From: Lepidodermella squamata
Taxonomy: Eukaryota; Animalia; Gastrotricha
DNA: 64,000 nucleotides
Reading direction: 5' to 3'
Assembly (NCBI GenBank): GCA_047495785.1
Contig: JBLDXI010000015.1
Coordinates: 4,216,001-4,280,000, forward strand
The position numbers and the translations under genes are program-made. How positions within the stretch are numbered: position 1 is the first letter of the stretch; every line of letters begins with the position of its first letter. The notes under the pieces are model-generated. The model was not told where the DNA came from. It saw only the letters and a program-made list of their open reading frames with translations, and did no database searches. Shown piece after piece: positions 50,001 to 64,000 of this stretch.

Positions 50001-53000
50001 GGAGGAAAGCATGGCCTATTCTTACTGTAAACATTTTGCGAATTTGATGGTTTATTTATTGACTCCACTCGACCCATCTCGCGATTTGAGTGGTTTGCTG
50101 AACAGCGGATCAGGACCTGGTGAATTTGCCGCTAATTCCTCCCAGTCGCATAATAACGACGCTCTTGGTGCTGATTCAAGCGTTTATTCTGAATCGGGAT
50201 TCGACGAGCAAGATTTACGAGATGTTAAGGGGGTCGTTCACTGGTTCATCAGCCGAGTTCTGCAAAATGTTTGCTCTGAAACCGGCGTCTCAGATGACCA
50301 TCGTCGAAATCTTGAGGCCATGCTAGGCGAGACGGTTGGGTCTCACATGGACTACCTAGAAATGGTCTATCAACACACGAGACATTTACCACCGCTGCAA
50401 AAGCCACGAATTCTAGAGCCGACCCTGTTACCGGGCGAACAGAAGTTGATCGGACCGCTTCGAGCGATAATTTTGCCTGATGGTCGTCGGTTGGGAATTA
50501 ACGGCGATACCTGGATTGGCCAGGCTCCGTCTAATTCGAAATCGACGAGCATCAGTGGCCCGGGTGGCCCACGTCGTTTGGCGCACAGTGGCGCGACCAG
50601 CGATATAACTAGTGTTGCCACTGGTACAGCCGGCGGAGACTTGGATGACGCTGGCAGTAGCGATCACGCTGTTTGTTTGTTGCCCGCCGAGGGTGCGGTT
50701 TTTCTCACCACTTACCGTTTGGTGTTCATCGGTAACCCGATCGATGCATACGCGTCGGAAGTCGTTGTTGTCAAATCAATCCCTGTCGCCAGTTTGTGGA
50801 GCGAAAAGCAAGTGCCTGCTATCTACCTCCACCACCCATACGATCACTACTTCACGCAATGCTACCAAATGCGTTCGAATACGTTTGAAATTATGAAGGT
50901 AAGTCAAAATGCGCTTTTTTAAGGCGGATTTTTTAAATTTATACTTAAATTCCCCGTATTTTAGATTTTGTTTGACTCGACTGAAGTGAATGAATCAGCT
51001 ATTGTTGACCTGCGGCAACAACTCGCGAGTTTGCGATGGCCCGTCGAAGTAACCAGCCTATTTTGCGCTCGCCAACTTTTCGCAACTACCGGCAGTCAAC
51101 CGGCCGTTTCTCAGCCTGAAGCTACCATGCCGGCATCGAGCACGATCACGCCCCTGGGCCAAAAACAGCATTCGAAATCGAAGTTTAAAACTCTGGCGAG
51201 AAACACGTTATCGAAGCTGAATGTTGGAGCGAATGTGCAACTGTCGTTGGAGCGGAAAATCACCCGCGGTACTGCGTTACTTCAACGGCAGATTTTCCAC
51301 GTGTCAGGTAATACTATCCGGGCGTCACAACGCAGTGCGACTATGCTTCAGCACCAGTCGTCCCAGGCGACTGCGGCTGGGCTGAATTTTATGAGCCAGG
51401 AGCGCGCTAATATGATGATTATGGATTTTGAGCGATTGAAGCTCGGCACGATAACAGGTCGTGCAGATGCGTCATCAGCCATCAATACTGGTTGGCGACT
51501 CAGTTTTGTCAACCGCCACTTCTCAGTTTGCCGGTCTTACCCGGAGGTGGTTTCAACACTAATGGCTCTTTCGGATGAAACGCTGAAGCGGATAGCCCAG
51601 GGTTGTCGCATGACTCGTTTTCCCAGCGCGGTATGGCGGCACCCTAATTCGGGCGCGGTTCTCATTCGATCTGCGGCTTTCATGTCACCGACTAACCGGG
51701 TAATAACCGCGATTCGACGAACCACAAACGACGGTGCGAGTAGCAGCAGCGGCAAAGACGAGGCGCTATCAATGCCATCGAGTTCCACCCTTGCCGCTGA
51801 TCTAGTCGCCTATATCAGTAACTTGGTAGTTGTAACATCGGCTACGAGTAGCGATGGAACCCTCCGCAACAACAATGTGGGCGAATCAGTACGACCTGAA
51901 TCGAAAAACAGCGGTCATTCCGACCCGAATGGCTTGGGAACGCCGCTGAATTCCCGCCGAGCTCCATCTGGGTCCATTTCGACTACGGCGAGTCACCACG
52001 GCAATGCCACCGTTTGCATTGTTGGAGACGCCGCCCAGCTTAAAACTCTGAAAACCGTGATAACCGACCCTGCTGTTGATTTTATTTCGATCCAAGTGAC
52101 AGCTCCGACCGCTGTGAAGGCCGCCTATAAACGCCTTGTTCAGAAGGCGGTGTGCCCGGCTGATGCCGGTGAGCGGCGAAAACGTGATGTTTTCAACAAC
52201 GCAACATCCTCAAGTGCGACTTTCCACCTTAACGGGTCGGCGAATTCTTCGCATCAGGAAGGCGGTTTTTCGTCAATGTTGAGCGGGGAAGGATTTTTCA
52301 AGGCATTCAACGATTCAGGGTGGCTTCAGCAGATCTCGACCTTACTTCGAGTCTCGTCGATGATTGCCATGCTGGTTGATGCTGCTTCAATAAGCGTAGT
52401 AGTGACGGCTGAGGATGGCAGCGATTTTGTAACGCAGGTTGTGTGCCTAGCGCAACTGCTACTTGATCCATTCTATCGAACTCGCAGTGGGTTCAAGGTC
52501 CTTGTAACTCGAGAATGGCTAGCCTTCGGACATCGATTCGGCGTCCGTGGCAATCAGATGGCCGTCAATCGATTGAACTCATTCATTCCAGTTTTCCTTC
52601 AATTCTTGGATGCGGTGAGTCATTCTAGCCAAAAATGTTCTTTTATGTAATGTTATTTTTTTCAGGTACATCAACTTTTGGAGCAATTTCCTATTGCTTT
52701 CGAGTTCAACCAGTTTTTCATCAAGGCACTCGCCTATCATTCGACGTCTAATAGATTTTTCGATTGGCTGCTCGACTGTGATGCAGACAGGCTGTCTTGT
52801 GGTCTTCCGCTTCTTGGCACTCAACCGAGCGAAGACAAGACAGAATGTTCTTTCTTCTGGGATTTTGTTGACAAACAGTGGGATTCTAGTCCAATCTACT
52901 ACAACTTTCTTTACGACGCAGAACGTAATCAATCTCTTGTTCTCTCTCCAAAGGTATGCTTTAAGGTGGAGTTTTGAATCGCTGATTAAATCATTTTTCT

Positions 53001-54934
53001 CTATTTTTCTTAGTACGTTCTGCCGTACTTGCGAATTTGGGATTATTTTTACGGAAATTCACTATCGAGTGATTTATTGTATGACACTTTCCTGCCACTG
53101 AATGGCAACCCGAACCCACGTCCGATCACTGATTCATCGAGTGCAATAAGCAAACCGGATGCTAACAGTCAAGTGCTTCTTGACGCTGCGTTTGAATGGC
53201 CAGATTCCGTTTTCTGCAACGGCTTCGTCGCTGCGTTGAGATCGTACTGTGATTCTTACGAGATGGCCTCTGGCAATTTCGATGAATCGCATGAAGGTAG
53301 TTTCCACGATTTGGCGTGGCCAGATGCGTTCAAAGCAGGCTGTTTGAACCGGCAAAAGCCGCAGATGGACAGTCAAATGTCGCCGGTTTTCCACCCGTGC
53401 GTGCCAGTGCCGGCCTCGCGCCAGCTGTTTAATTGGACCGTGGCGCAATTACCTGCGAATCAACTGCTAGACATCGCCCGCTCGTTAGGATCACTATCGC
53501 TGAACGAACTCGCGATTAGCTTCGGCCGCGGCACTGGTAGCCAGCCGCACCAGCTGCGCCACGTTTCATCCGTGTCGAAAGCCAGCATTTGCGGCGCGTG
53601 CTCCGCCATGTTGTGGCCCCCTACGCCGGCCGTTGTCTGCGACAAATGCCCGTAAGTCGCTTTTCAAATGAGTACATTGCAATCATTGCAGTAATTACCA
53701 TGAAAAAATACACCTAACGAAATAGGGTATTTTGGACCATATTATGGAAATGCGCTTAAGAAGACCTTAATTTTTCTTAAAATTCATGAAAGAAAAGAGC
53801 CAGCTTGATTTGAGAAATTCCTAAAATCGGGTCAAATTTTTTAAATTGCCGAAATTTAAGGATGGAATTTTTGAAAACAAAATTTTTGAAGTGTGGATTG
53901 ATTAATTTGCCAAAAAATGTCAAAATGTCAAAATTTCACGATTATTACTATTGCTCATTCCATTTCGTCCAAGGCCTAATCATTTCTTTGAGAACACGTT
54001 GCAAAATTATTCTGAAATAGCGCCTTTCAATGGTTTGCGTTTGATGTCACGCTTTGAAATTTGGCACCGCAACAGGCGCATTTGTTTCCGCTAAAAGATG
54101 TTTTAAAAATATGTAAATGAGTCAGAAATCGTCTTCCTCACCAATTTTCTTAGATAAGGAAGATTATTTTTGAGAGAGTCCTCAATCAGTATCAATACAA
54201 ATTTTCTGAATTGATCCCGATTTGTTGCTCTTTGAAAAACGCGGTTTTGTCCCAAGTTTTTATCGTTCAACCTCGCTCATATGCTTTCATGTTTTCTTGA
54301 TAGGCTGGTCGCCCATCGGCAATGTCAGGCTCGAGTTTTGAAACTTCACAATTGTTCTGGGCAGAATTTGCAAAACGGAGGCGATTCGTCGCCAAATGCC
54401 ATTTCACACCCGGCTAGTCCGCCCCAGGTGATCATGTACCGGTCTGACTTGATCGCCTCGTCACAACACCAGCAACTTCACAACCGGTCATCCGCGACGG
54501 GTCGAAGTGATACGATTTCTTCGATATCCCGATCAGCAGTTAATTCGAGCACATTGCCAGCTCCTGCGTCAGGAACATCGCGTTTTATGATGAGCGGGTC
54601 GCTCTACAAACGCGGCCAATTGCTACACGGCCTGACTAAGCGGTTCTACGTGCTAGACCTCGCATCTCAACGAATTGTGTACTACGAATCTCAAAGCGAG
54701 GCGGAGATCAGCGGCGGGGTGGGCGCTGAAAAAGGCGCCATTCCGCTGACGCAGATCGTCGAAGTTGTGCCGCTTGAAACGCAGCAATCGTCGTCGATGC
54801 TCGACTCGACGCAAGTCGCCGAGTACGGCTTCACGATTGTCACGACAAAGCGCAGTCATCACTTTTTGACATCGACGCAGAAGGAGGCGGAAAAGTGGAC
54901 CGAAGCGATTGGGAAAGCGTTAACTTTGCTATGA
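47100..54934 (+). CDS. SBF2: SET-binding factor / myotubularin-related 5/13 (DENN-GRAM-pseudophosphatase-C1-PH), about 7 exons
   Basis: DENN (FCQPMGW, YIPVLP, APTPFLIG), GRAM (LLPAEGAVFLTTYR), inactive phosphatase loop AEDGSDFVTQ, EWLAFGHRF, FLQFLD, a C1 finger and a C-terminal PH domain. Confidence 0.9.
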
Positions 54935-55430
54935 GCTTTCCATAATATTATTATAATCTAGAGCCTTTGCAACAAATTTTTGTGTAGTGCCGTATCTTCC
55001 ATTACAAGATATATTATTGCATTTTTGCGAAATATGAAATAAAATTTGGATCTTGCAATAGTATTATTATATTGTAGCTCTTGTGCTTTTTTTGCTGATG
55101 CGGCTGCTTTTTACGACGTGATTATTTGCGAGAATATGCAAATTTTCTGAAGCATAAAATCTCTCCATGTCTGAAGTCGGAATGTGAGACGTTCGTTTTT
55201 GGTTTCGTGTGTTTATATTTCTTATACGAGCAATAAAAGAGAAGCAACTTTTATGCGTTGGATTTTATTAATTTACTTCAGTTGTAAAATAGTCGGTAGA
55301 AAAATTGGTACGAAAAATACCCAAGTTCATGCGCAGCTGTAGTCGCGGAAATTCGATACAATAATTTGACTTGCATTGACGAGGTATCATAAATATTTAA
55401 GGAAGAAGAAGGAGATATTATATCGTTTAT

Positions 55431-58386
55431 TCAATTTCCCGTGCTATTCGGCCGCTTCGCACTCGTTGATTCCTGAACTATCGTTACGGACGGCTCATGC
55501 CCAGCTGATGATGGGTATACATTGCTGCTAGGCTGCCGGCCTACGTGTCGACGCATCGGTGAACGTCCAGCGTTCACCTCGTGCCTAAAGCTGTAAGTTG
55601 TCCCGCCTGTTGTGGCGCGAGGTTTGAAGAAACCACCGGTTGTGGCTCCGCGCTCATTGTCCCCCGAGCTGTCTGTCCGTACGCTGCTACGGTACGCGAC
55701 GTGGCCGATATTCCCGGCTCCCCGACTGTTCCGCTTTGTCATGACGAACCGACAGCGGAGTATATGCAAGAAGGTGTTCCGGAAAGTGGCGTTACAGTAG
55801 GCGTAGCATAGCGGGTTCAAAGTGCTGTTAATGTAGCAAAGCCAATAACTCATTTGATACAGGGTCGCCGGAACACAGCCAAAACAAAATGTCTCAATAT
55901 TTGTCTGAAAAAAATGAACGTTAAAATCAAAATCGAAACTCAAAAATTCCGTACCAAGACTGTGTAAGGCAACCAGGTTAGAATGAAAACTAGCAAGATA
56001 GCAGTTAGCATTTTAGCAGCCTTTCTTTCAGCCGCTCGGTCGTCGTGGACCTTCCTCACTGGAGCTTTAATTTGCCGGCTTCTGTTGTCGGAAGTCATGC
56101 AGCTGTCGCTGTCTATTGTCATGGTCATATTGCTTCGGCCGGTTGAACCTTGACCAACTAACGCAGCTGAAAACACAGAATATTTAGAGTGTGAGGCACC
56201 ATTATAAGATTTCATTTTTACCATTCCGTCCTTTCCCCTGCGTCATTGCTTTTGACGACCACAATCTAAATTGAGCAAACATGGACTGACGGCGCGTGCA
56301 ACTTTCAGGGAAGACATCTATTAAGGTGGCCTCGTCGACCGTAGACGGTGTAGAATTGTTATCGCCAACAGCTGCCACGTTACTAACACTTGGATGCTCA
56401 TCGGCAGTGGAGCCAACTGGAAGACTTCGGCTAATTGAGCTGTTGTTTTTTTGGAAGATGCAGTGCTTTTTGTTAGATTTAACGCTACTATGCCGCGAAC
56501 ACCCCTCTAATAAGGCCTGCCGGCTTTCCTCGTCGTCTTTCTTCCCTTTAATCGGCAGTATTTTAATATCTGGCATTGTCGAAGAAGTTTTGCTGCTGCT
56601 GTTCTCACTTGGCTCGCGGCGAAGTGCGATCGGTTCTAGACCAGCCTCGTCGAAAACAGCTCGTAGGGGCAGAATGGCTGGCATCGGCTTCGGTCGTTTC
56701 ACCATTGCAATCCAATTCATAGCGGCGATTTTGCTGATTGAACCAATCGATGATGACCTTGTCTCAGGTTTCGACTCAGCAGGTGATTCGCCGCTAATTG
56801 TCGCAACATCGCCGTTGCGTAACGCGGTTATAACCGGCGCCATTGTTTTTAAAATTCCATCCTCTTGCAAATAAAACGACAACCGGCTAAGAACTGCGTG
56901 CTTGCTTGGTGATCTCCGTTGAATTACTTGAGCTTCAGGTAATTTTTCCTTCGATTGAGAATCGCTGGCTGATGTCGATTCGTCCTCAGGTGAGTCGATC
57001 GAATGCATGTTGGAAAAGATGGTCGAGTCGAAAAATGCGCTCGGAGATTCAGTCGAAGAAGACTGGTGATCATCGCTTGAGTCAATCAGAGCAGCAGCGT
57101 GCCTGGACCCTGGCAATAGCCTCACCGCTAAACTCCTCGCCTCGTCACTCGCGGTGCTAACATATGATTTCGACTTGGGAATTTCGGCTGTAGTTGTCTC
57201 AGGTTTCATGCTGCTTGGCTGAACTGCTAACATTGAGTGAGATATCCGCGGCGCGGCAACGTGTTTAATAGATTGCCGGGGAGGATCCGAAACGCGTTTA
57301 TTGGAATCACCACCATTCGACGAGTGCCTCGGAACGACAACCGGTGGCTGAGATGCCCTGCTGTAGGCGCCTGGGCGCCGGTTGGCTTGCAGCATTTTCA
57401 GCTCATTCGTACGTTGGCGAGTTATTCCATAGACTTTGAAGTAGAGAAAGCACATGGCCGCGACGGGGCCGTAGAAAGCGACAAAAGTCAACGCGAGTGA
57501 CACCAACCGGCTAGTTAGATCTCCGCCGGCCAAAAATTGCAAGTAACATGTATCATCTGGAACTGTTCTCTGCCCCTCAATATATGGCCAGCCGATGATC
57601 CTGTCAAATTAAAAAATATTCACACATCAGCATAATATACAAAAAATTGTCTTTCACTTGTTCAAAATTGAAATTGCTTACCAAGGAGGCCACACAATGA
57701 CGGAAACGACCCATGCCGAGGCTATCATTAGGAATACTTTTTTAGGCGTTCTGCTCGCCCTATAAGTGAGTGGTCGAGTTAGGGATAAGTAACGATCGCA
57801 GCAGATGACGAGAAGATTGCAAACAGAAGCATTACACATGACGTAGTCGAATGTGAGCCAAAGATCGCAGACAATCGCACCGAATGGCCAGCGACCCAAT
57901 AAAACGAAAACTGTATACAGCGGCATTGAAATAAATCCTGGAAATCATAGAATGTTGAGACTACTGGCAAGAAGAAGTTGAATAAATTACCTATGCAACA
58001 ATCTGCAACTGCCAGCGAAAGTAAAAAGTAATTCGTCAAAATTCTCAACTGGCGATTTATAGCGAATGACAATAACACCAAAAGGTTGCCAACTATACAA
58101 AAAAGTAAGTTTTTACCACAGATCAATTTGGTCAATAGAAATTCTTACTTATGGTGACTAAGATGAGAATGATGGCGATTAGTGCAATCAAAATCATGGC
58201 AGCAATGCTCTGTTCGGAAGCGCCTGATTTGGAACCTGTCTCCGAACCATCGGCGGTGTAGTCGAAGCCGAGATTGACATCATCAGGCGGCCTGTCACTC
58301 GGCGACTCAAGATAGTTATATTCTTCGGGTAAGACTGCCGATGTGAACAGCGGCATCGTCAAGTTGCTTCTAAAGCCGCCGAACAT
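55431..58386 (-). CDS. Muscarinic acetylcholine receptor (class A GPCR with a long third intracellular loop)
   Basis: [80 protein letters not shown]. The start codon is uncertain. Confidence 0.88.
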
Positions 58387-61300
58387 TGTAATTATGGCGT
58401 CGCGATGAACAAAGAAATCAGCGATTAGGCTTTGCAACCATCTCTTCGATGAGCTTTGGTACGTTTAGAAGACGCTTTAGCTCAGATAAATCGACAAATG
58501 CGTCAGTGCTGGGGTTTTGCGATGTACATTCGACCGCGCCGTAGAAAAATAGCTCGCTGCTTCTGGTATTTTTTACTATTTCATAATGTGTTGAAGTATA
58601 GGAATGGATTGTTTTGATTACTCGCAATGTTAGTCTGTTGTAAAACTGATGAAGATGCTGATAATAGCGCTGATAATAACATCTACAATAATAGTAATAT
58701 TCATTCCACAATTGAAAGCAATGCTCAATGATGAACTAATAGCACCGGACAATGTCTGCTAAAAACAGCAGAAAAGATAATGCCAAATTTGCAGCGGTCA
58801 GCAGTCAGCTTACATCGCATATCTCCAGTAGCGAAATTGTGTGAGCGCAAAGCGTATCAATGAGCTGCAAGGAAAAGAGATCGACCAACATCCGCCAAAT
58901 ATCTATAGGTATAGTAATATTGAACTGTGCGTTAACATGCCGGCAAATCGAAAAATAATAGGTTCAAGACCGACTTTACAGCCGGTTCATGTGCAGATGC
59001 AGTTTGTTGCCGTAAACATGTCACAATATTATTTTCGACAATAAAAACTCTTAAGAGCAAAAAAATCACCATCAAAGAAAAATTATTGGTCTGAACGCTT
59101 CGGCGATTTTATTATGTGCGCCAGCGTTACCGGTTGAAAATACCGCTTATAAACAGCTGGTCATAAAACGTGATTTTTTGGTATTTTTACGAGAAATATA
59201 TGCACCTGAAGGCCTACAGATGTGATTGATGTATAAGATGTGAGACTTGATAGCATTTATTTAACGATCTCATTCCTTATGTATTGTCATTGGAAATGGA
59301 TATTATTCTAAGAACAGGCAATATAACATTTTTATGATACTGCGCTGAGAGTCTAATCTTTGACACCTGAAAGGTAAAACTTACTTCGTCGTATTTTAGG
59401 GTAATTTAATGGGCGTCGTCAGCGAAATATGACATTAAGAAAATGAAATTTCAAAATATCAAGTCAATTGACTGTTCTGAATAAGATCGGGTTATTATGA
59501 ACTACTTCTTGAATAGAGAGTGTCGTTATAATGAAGAGGCGTAATTTACGCAGACATTTTTCGACTAGTCTGAGGCTTTTCAAAATTAAATTGGATATAA
59601 TAGCGTCCACCCAGCCGCCCGCGCGGCGACGACAAGAAAAAACAAGCATTGTCCCATGCATCGGTCGTGTTTAGTTCGATAATAAACGGGTGGAATAAAC
59701 ATATCGAATGCACGGCGCATGACACATACAAACACTTGGGTTGCGGAAAAGAAGTCCCGTCCTGCTCGTCGTCACGTAGGGAAGCACGCGGTATCGGGCG
59801 AAAAGTGCGCACTCGAATAGCTCTCATCCGGAACGTTATCAGCGATAGCACGCGAGACATGTACACGTATATACATAGCTGGGCCACAAATCGCTTGTTA
59901 TATATAAAAGTAAAAAACTTTTTAATACATGCGATGAATCGAATCACAACTAAATGACATGTACACGGGCGTAATAAAGGAACTGGAAACGTGATTAAAT
60001 TTCGGCGCTCTCTTGTGCTGAGAAGGCACCGACGTCGCCTGTGGGGCCGGTCTGCAGTAATATTTAAATACAGACGATGAGATACTCCACTACTGGCTAT
60101 CGCAGTGCTCCTGTAAGTATGCGGCGAAGCATCGCTAAGATCTGACGTATTTATTTGCCAATCGCGCGACATGGGCTAAATCGAGAGCATTGGTTTTCTA
60201 TACATATCTCAACATTTTCGAAAATACATCTTAAGAGCAGGTGATGGATGACATCAGAACACCGGCCGCTAACATGGCATGTCATTTCGAAGACGCCATC
60301 GATGACGCGCATAGAGCTCTTCGGGTTTATGCTCGCAGTAATATGATAAAATGCAGAAAATTGAATAAAACTTTGAATTTTGAAATCAAAATCAATGCAA
60401 AAACACGAGACGAGACCAGTATAAATATCAAAATTATATGCTAAACAGTCGAGCGATTTTTTATACGATATATACGATAGTAAGGTTTTCGCATTAATAT
60501 ACGGCATCGCGTGACAAGACACCGTTTCGCGTTCGTGAAATCTATTAATCTTTTAATACTGCGACTTCTCTACGCGTAGACTTGCTAATATAATGAGACT
60601 AATGCAAGCCAGGGCCGGCCGGTTATTTCATGTGCGCAAAATCTTGTTATCGAAAAAAATTCGGGGCACCATTTAATTCAGGCCAGATTCTGCCAATAAC
60701 AAGAAGGAATCAGGCAATCTTTTGATAGCGATTTATGCTAGCAAATAGTCCAAATCGAGTGCGAAATTTCGGACAAAATTCTCATATCCTCTCAGTACCA
60801 GAAGAGCTACATCGCGCGTCGAAAGAAGCAGTGCGCTGTTTTCCTCGTTTAGTTTGAGACAATACATTCGGTTGAAATTTTAAATTAAAAAATGACAGGA
60901 ATTCCTATGAAGTATGCAAAGAGCTATGATATCATGTTCCATCAGTGCGATAACAAAAGAAAAAATGGATCACTGGCACTATATACTATCAATATGTATC
61001 CCTCGGGATCTCCGCGTAACATATTAGTATTTTTAAATAGAGCATTGAAATGACCCTTTATTAGTCACATTCTGCTTAATTACATGGCGCGAGACCCTCG
61101 GTGTCGATACCACAACGTTATTATCGACTTTACTGGTGCCGAACAACTCCCAACGCCGAGCCCAAATAGCGCGCGAGCTGAAAAGTTCAATTGCGGCAAT
61201 TGAACTTTTCAGCTCGCGCATGCCGAAAGCCTCTTTCATTTAATTGGATGTGTGTCATGCTAAGATGAATGGAGCATGCAACTTGCGCGGTAGATATATT

Positions 61301-63044
61301 TCTGTGAAATGCATGCAGAAAGCATCCGATCTATTGGTGCGATATGTATGAGCAGAAGAAATTCGCTGACGATTTTACTCATGTTATCCCTGTTATAGGC
61401 TCTCCGTCACAAAATCGGCAAAGATAATTTGAAGGATTATTTGGTCTTCAGTTTCCAGTATCTCCCTTTATAAACTCCCAATAAGTTGTCCTAATAACAT
61501 TGTAAACTAAATTAAAAAATTGAACATCGTCAAATTTCACAAGAATTGTAATTTCTCGGGTTTGAATTCCAGAAAAATGTTGCGGTACAGCCGTTTTTAT
61601 CAATCGCCCAAAGTCTATCAAAATTGTCCCATCTTTTTTATCTTCAATGGATTTTCATCTTTCACTTAGCATCGACATGTTGTGCTTGTAACATGATAAC
61701 ATTTATCGATTCGCCACGCGTCATTTAGATTCAGCATCCAGCCAAAAAAAACAGGATAAAAATCAGGGTAAAATCAGGATCAGGATTTATAATAGCGACA
61801 TGACGTTAATATGAATCATCTGAGTGCTAGCATTTGCACATTATGGCTAACATTTTATTTTGTACTTTTCTATTAACTTTGAGAATTTATCATCAGTGAG
61901 AAGCATTCAATGAGCCTTATCACTATCATTGCTGTAAAAAACATTTGTTATTGTGATCGTAAATCAACGCTCAGGAAGATGGTATTCTACATATAACCAG
62001 CAGGATGCATTTTCCAATTCACACCTTGGGAGCAACAATTATCAGCACTTCCAGACTTTTCCAACTCATCTTTTCAGCTGACGATTGAAGCAGACGGAAT
62101 TTGGCTCCAGAGACAGCATATAGGCGTCTCTAAAATACAGGCCCAAATGTTTTTGGTCGAAACAAATCTACAGAAAATTTAGCGCGAATAAAGGAAATTA
62201 TGTCAGGTTCGGCAACTCAGCCTTCGTGAAATTTTCAACTAAGTGTGTTTGTCTGCCCTTGGGCTTGGGCTTAGGGAACCTAGCAAAGTACTTGATTGAG
62301 AATGGACACTGTTATTACGAAATGCCTCAGGCAATATTGCGGTAGAAGCACTTGGAACTTTATTACTCATTGAGCTTTCAAAAATTACCGCGTTTAAGTT
62401 TTGACACTAAAATTATAGTAATCAGTAATACATTTTTAATTTTAGTTTTATTGAAAATCCACTAAATTTGATTTAATTTACGCCTAGCAACAGCGACGCT
62501 TTTCTGTCGCTCCTTGTTGACTGGCGAATCAAGAAATGAGTTCCACCTGTATACTCAAGAACTCCGGTCTTGCGTTATCTTCCCATTCTTTTCTTCAGCG
62601 TCAACCTTTGGCATTCGTAGTTTGATGGTTTGCTTAGTTTGATACTGATGAAAAATGCTGTGAGTTCTTCTTTGGGTGGCTATAAGTGGTCCAAAATTCT
62701 TACTTGAAACTAAGCATTTAAGTTCTGGGGGTGTTTGCGACACGATTCGATGAGAAAATATGGTGATAGGCTAGCTCAAACTTATCAAATGAGAGGTTGT
62801 GCAGCGCTCAGTGTGATCCGTTTAACTTTATAACTCCACTCCCTCAACCATCATCTCTATCAAATTATCCTTGTCTATTTCTTAGTGGTACAGACTGCGA
62901 GCTTTTACCGCATTCAGCCTCTCTCACTCTCGATTCTCCGGAGAATCTATCAGATCCCGTACTTGCTCTTCCATAATAACTTGCTATCTTGAATGCCCTC
63001 AAATTATCATTCACGTTGTTATTAGATATTGCCAGTTAACAGTA

Positions 63045-64000
63045 ATGTCGACTCGGCAGCTGGGCTCAAGTATGGAGGAAGCCGAGCAAGATTTCGAGAG
63101 TGAAGATGAAGATAACATGGACTCTGACGCGTCTCCCGAAGGAAGCATTGCTGGAGATGAAGCTGTGCCTAGAGATGAAGACTTAGAGACGGGCATGGTT
63201 ACTACGGAATTCGAGAGCGGTTCTGTTATTGCACCTGTCGCTCCTAAAGCAACATTGGCTCAGGAAATGTTGAATGAAGTCTCCTCTAGCCCCGCTTACC
63301 AGTGCTTAGATGAGGTAAAGGCGAGAATATCCACTTTCTAGTCCATATTGAACGTATTTTTACAGCTTCTGCAACAAGGGAAAATCACAGCCACGAAAGT
63401 AGCGCACTTCAAATCCAAATATCAGTACTTGCATGACCTTCTTAAAGGGTAATCCAGTTTTTAAGCTAAAGAAATAACTTCACTAAATTCTTATGATGAT
63501 GTTTGTAGCGCTAGAGACAATGAAGTCAAGCTTTTGCAGCGAGCAAAAGAAGCTACTGCTCAAGTAGAGCGTCAAAAGGGAGATTTGAACACATCAGCTG
63601 ATCAATTCCCAGACAATGCTTCAGCCACTGAAGTCGGACGCTTGCGTCTTCTGCTTTTAAAATACAATAACGATCTAGCAGAGACCGATGACCTGAACTA
63701 TCACCTTCAGTACAAAATCGAGAAGTAATATTACGCCTTTTGTCCAGTCTCTATATCAAGGAATTTACTTATCATAGCTTGGTGGAAGAACGCGACATTA
63801 TCAAGCGAGAATATGATCGTTTACCAAAACAAGAAGTAAGCGTTATTTCTTCAGAAAGCTCAAATTGATGCAATTTTTCTATGAAATAGGAGCTCGAAAA
63901 GCGCGTTCGTGATTTACAAATTAGTATCGACGATATGCGCCGCGAAATTACTCAGCGGCAGACTGATTTAAAGAGTCTCCGCGAAGATTTGGATAACCAC
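63045..64000 (+). CDS. CCDC146: Coiled-coil domain-containing protein 146, 5' part (runs off the window)
   Basis: SPAYQCLDE, KSKYQYLHD, NEVKLLQRAK, ADQFP...TEVGRLR...LLKYNNDL recall the CCDC146/MBO2 N-terminus. Short GT-AG introns. Confidence 0.8.

Noticed and set aside
52400-52440. Missing catalytic CX5R in the myotubularin domain
   Set aside because: Expected: MTMR5/13 are known pseudophosphatases.
56296-56874. 192-aa plus-strand ORF and many similar short ORFs in the track
   Set aside because: Antisense or off-frame shadows of real exons.
59546-60522. ORFs of 208 and 123 aa upstream of the muscarinic receptor
   Set aside because: No recognisable motifs and non-coding-like composition; probably regulatory or UTR-intron sequence.
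60610-60625. CAGGGCCGGC resembling a hAT transposon end
   Set aside because: No matching inverted end or 8-bp TSD found by eye.

Overview
Compact, gene-dense animal genomic DNA: typical GT-AG introns of about 45-60 nt, the motile-cilia gene CCDC146 and TTAGGG repeats. It is not prokaryotic. Gene order: an LRRK1/LRK-1-type Roco kinase with two opposite-strand genes nested in its introns; an intron-rich H3/H2B/H2A trio; laccase A; a trypsin-like protease; AIP, POLR2F and a TspanC8 tetraspanin; HYKK; laccase B; a small transposon island; VARS, EEF1AKMT1, TUSC3/MAGT1 and a PhnZ-like gene; a young 5'-truncated LINE; GATB and SBF; a muscarinic receptor; the start of CCDC146. Main observations: (1) two 64-nt candidate mutually exclusive exons in the OST3/6 (TUSC3/MAGT1) gene, with complementary intronic elements bracketing one of them; (2) an LRRK that naturally has DFS at the LRRK2 G2019S-equivalent site, changes at the N1437/R1441/Y1699-equivalent sites and a degenerate ROC GTPase; (3) canonical-type histone genes with 1-4 introns and no histone stem-loop; (4) operon-like gene runs with unpaired splice acceptors, suggesting SL trans-splicing; (5) an intronless PhnZ-like C-P-cleaving oxygenase. 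Exon boundaries and alignments to human proteins were done by eye and from memory and need computational confirmation.
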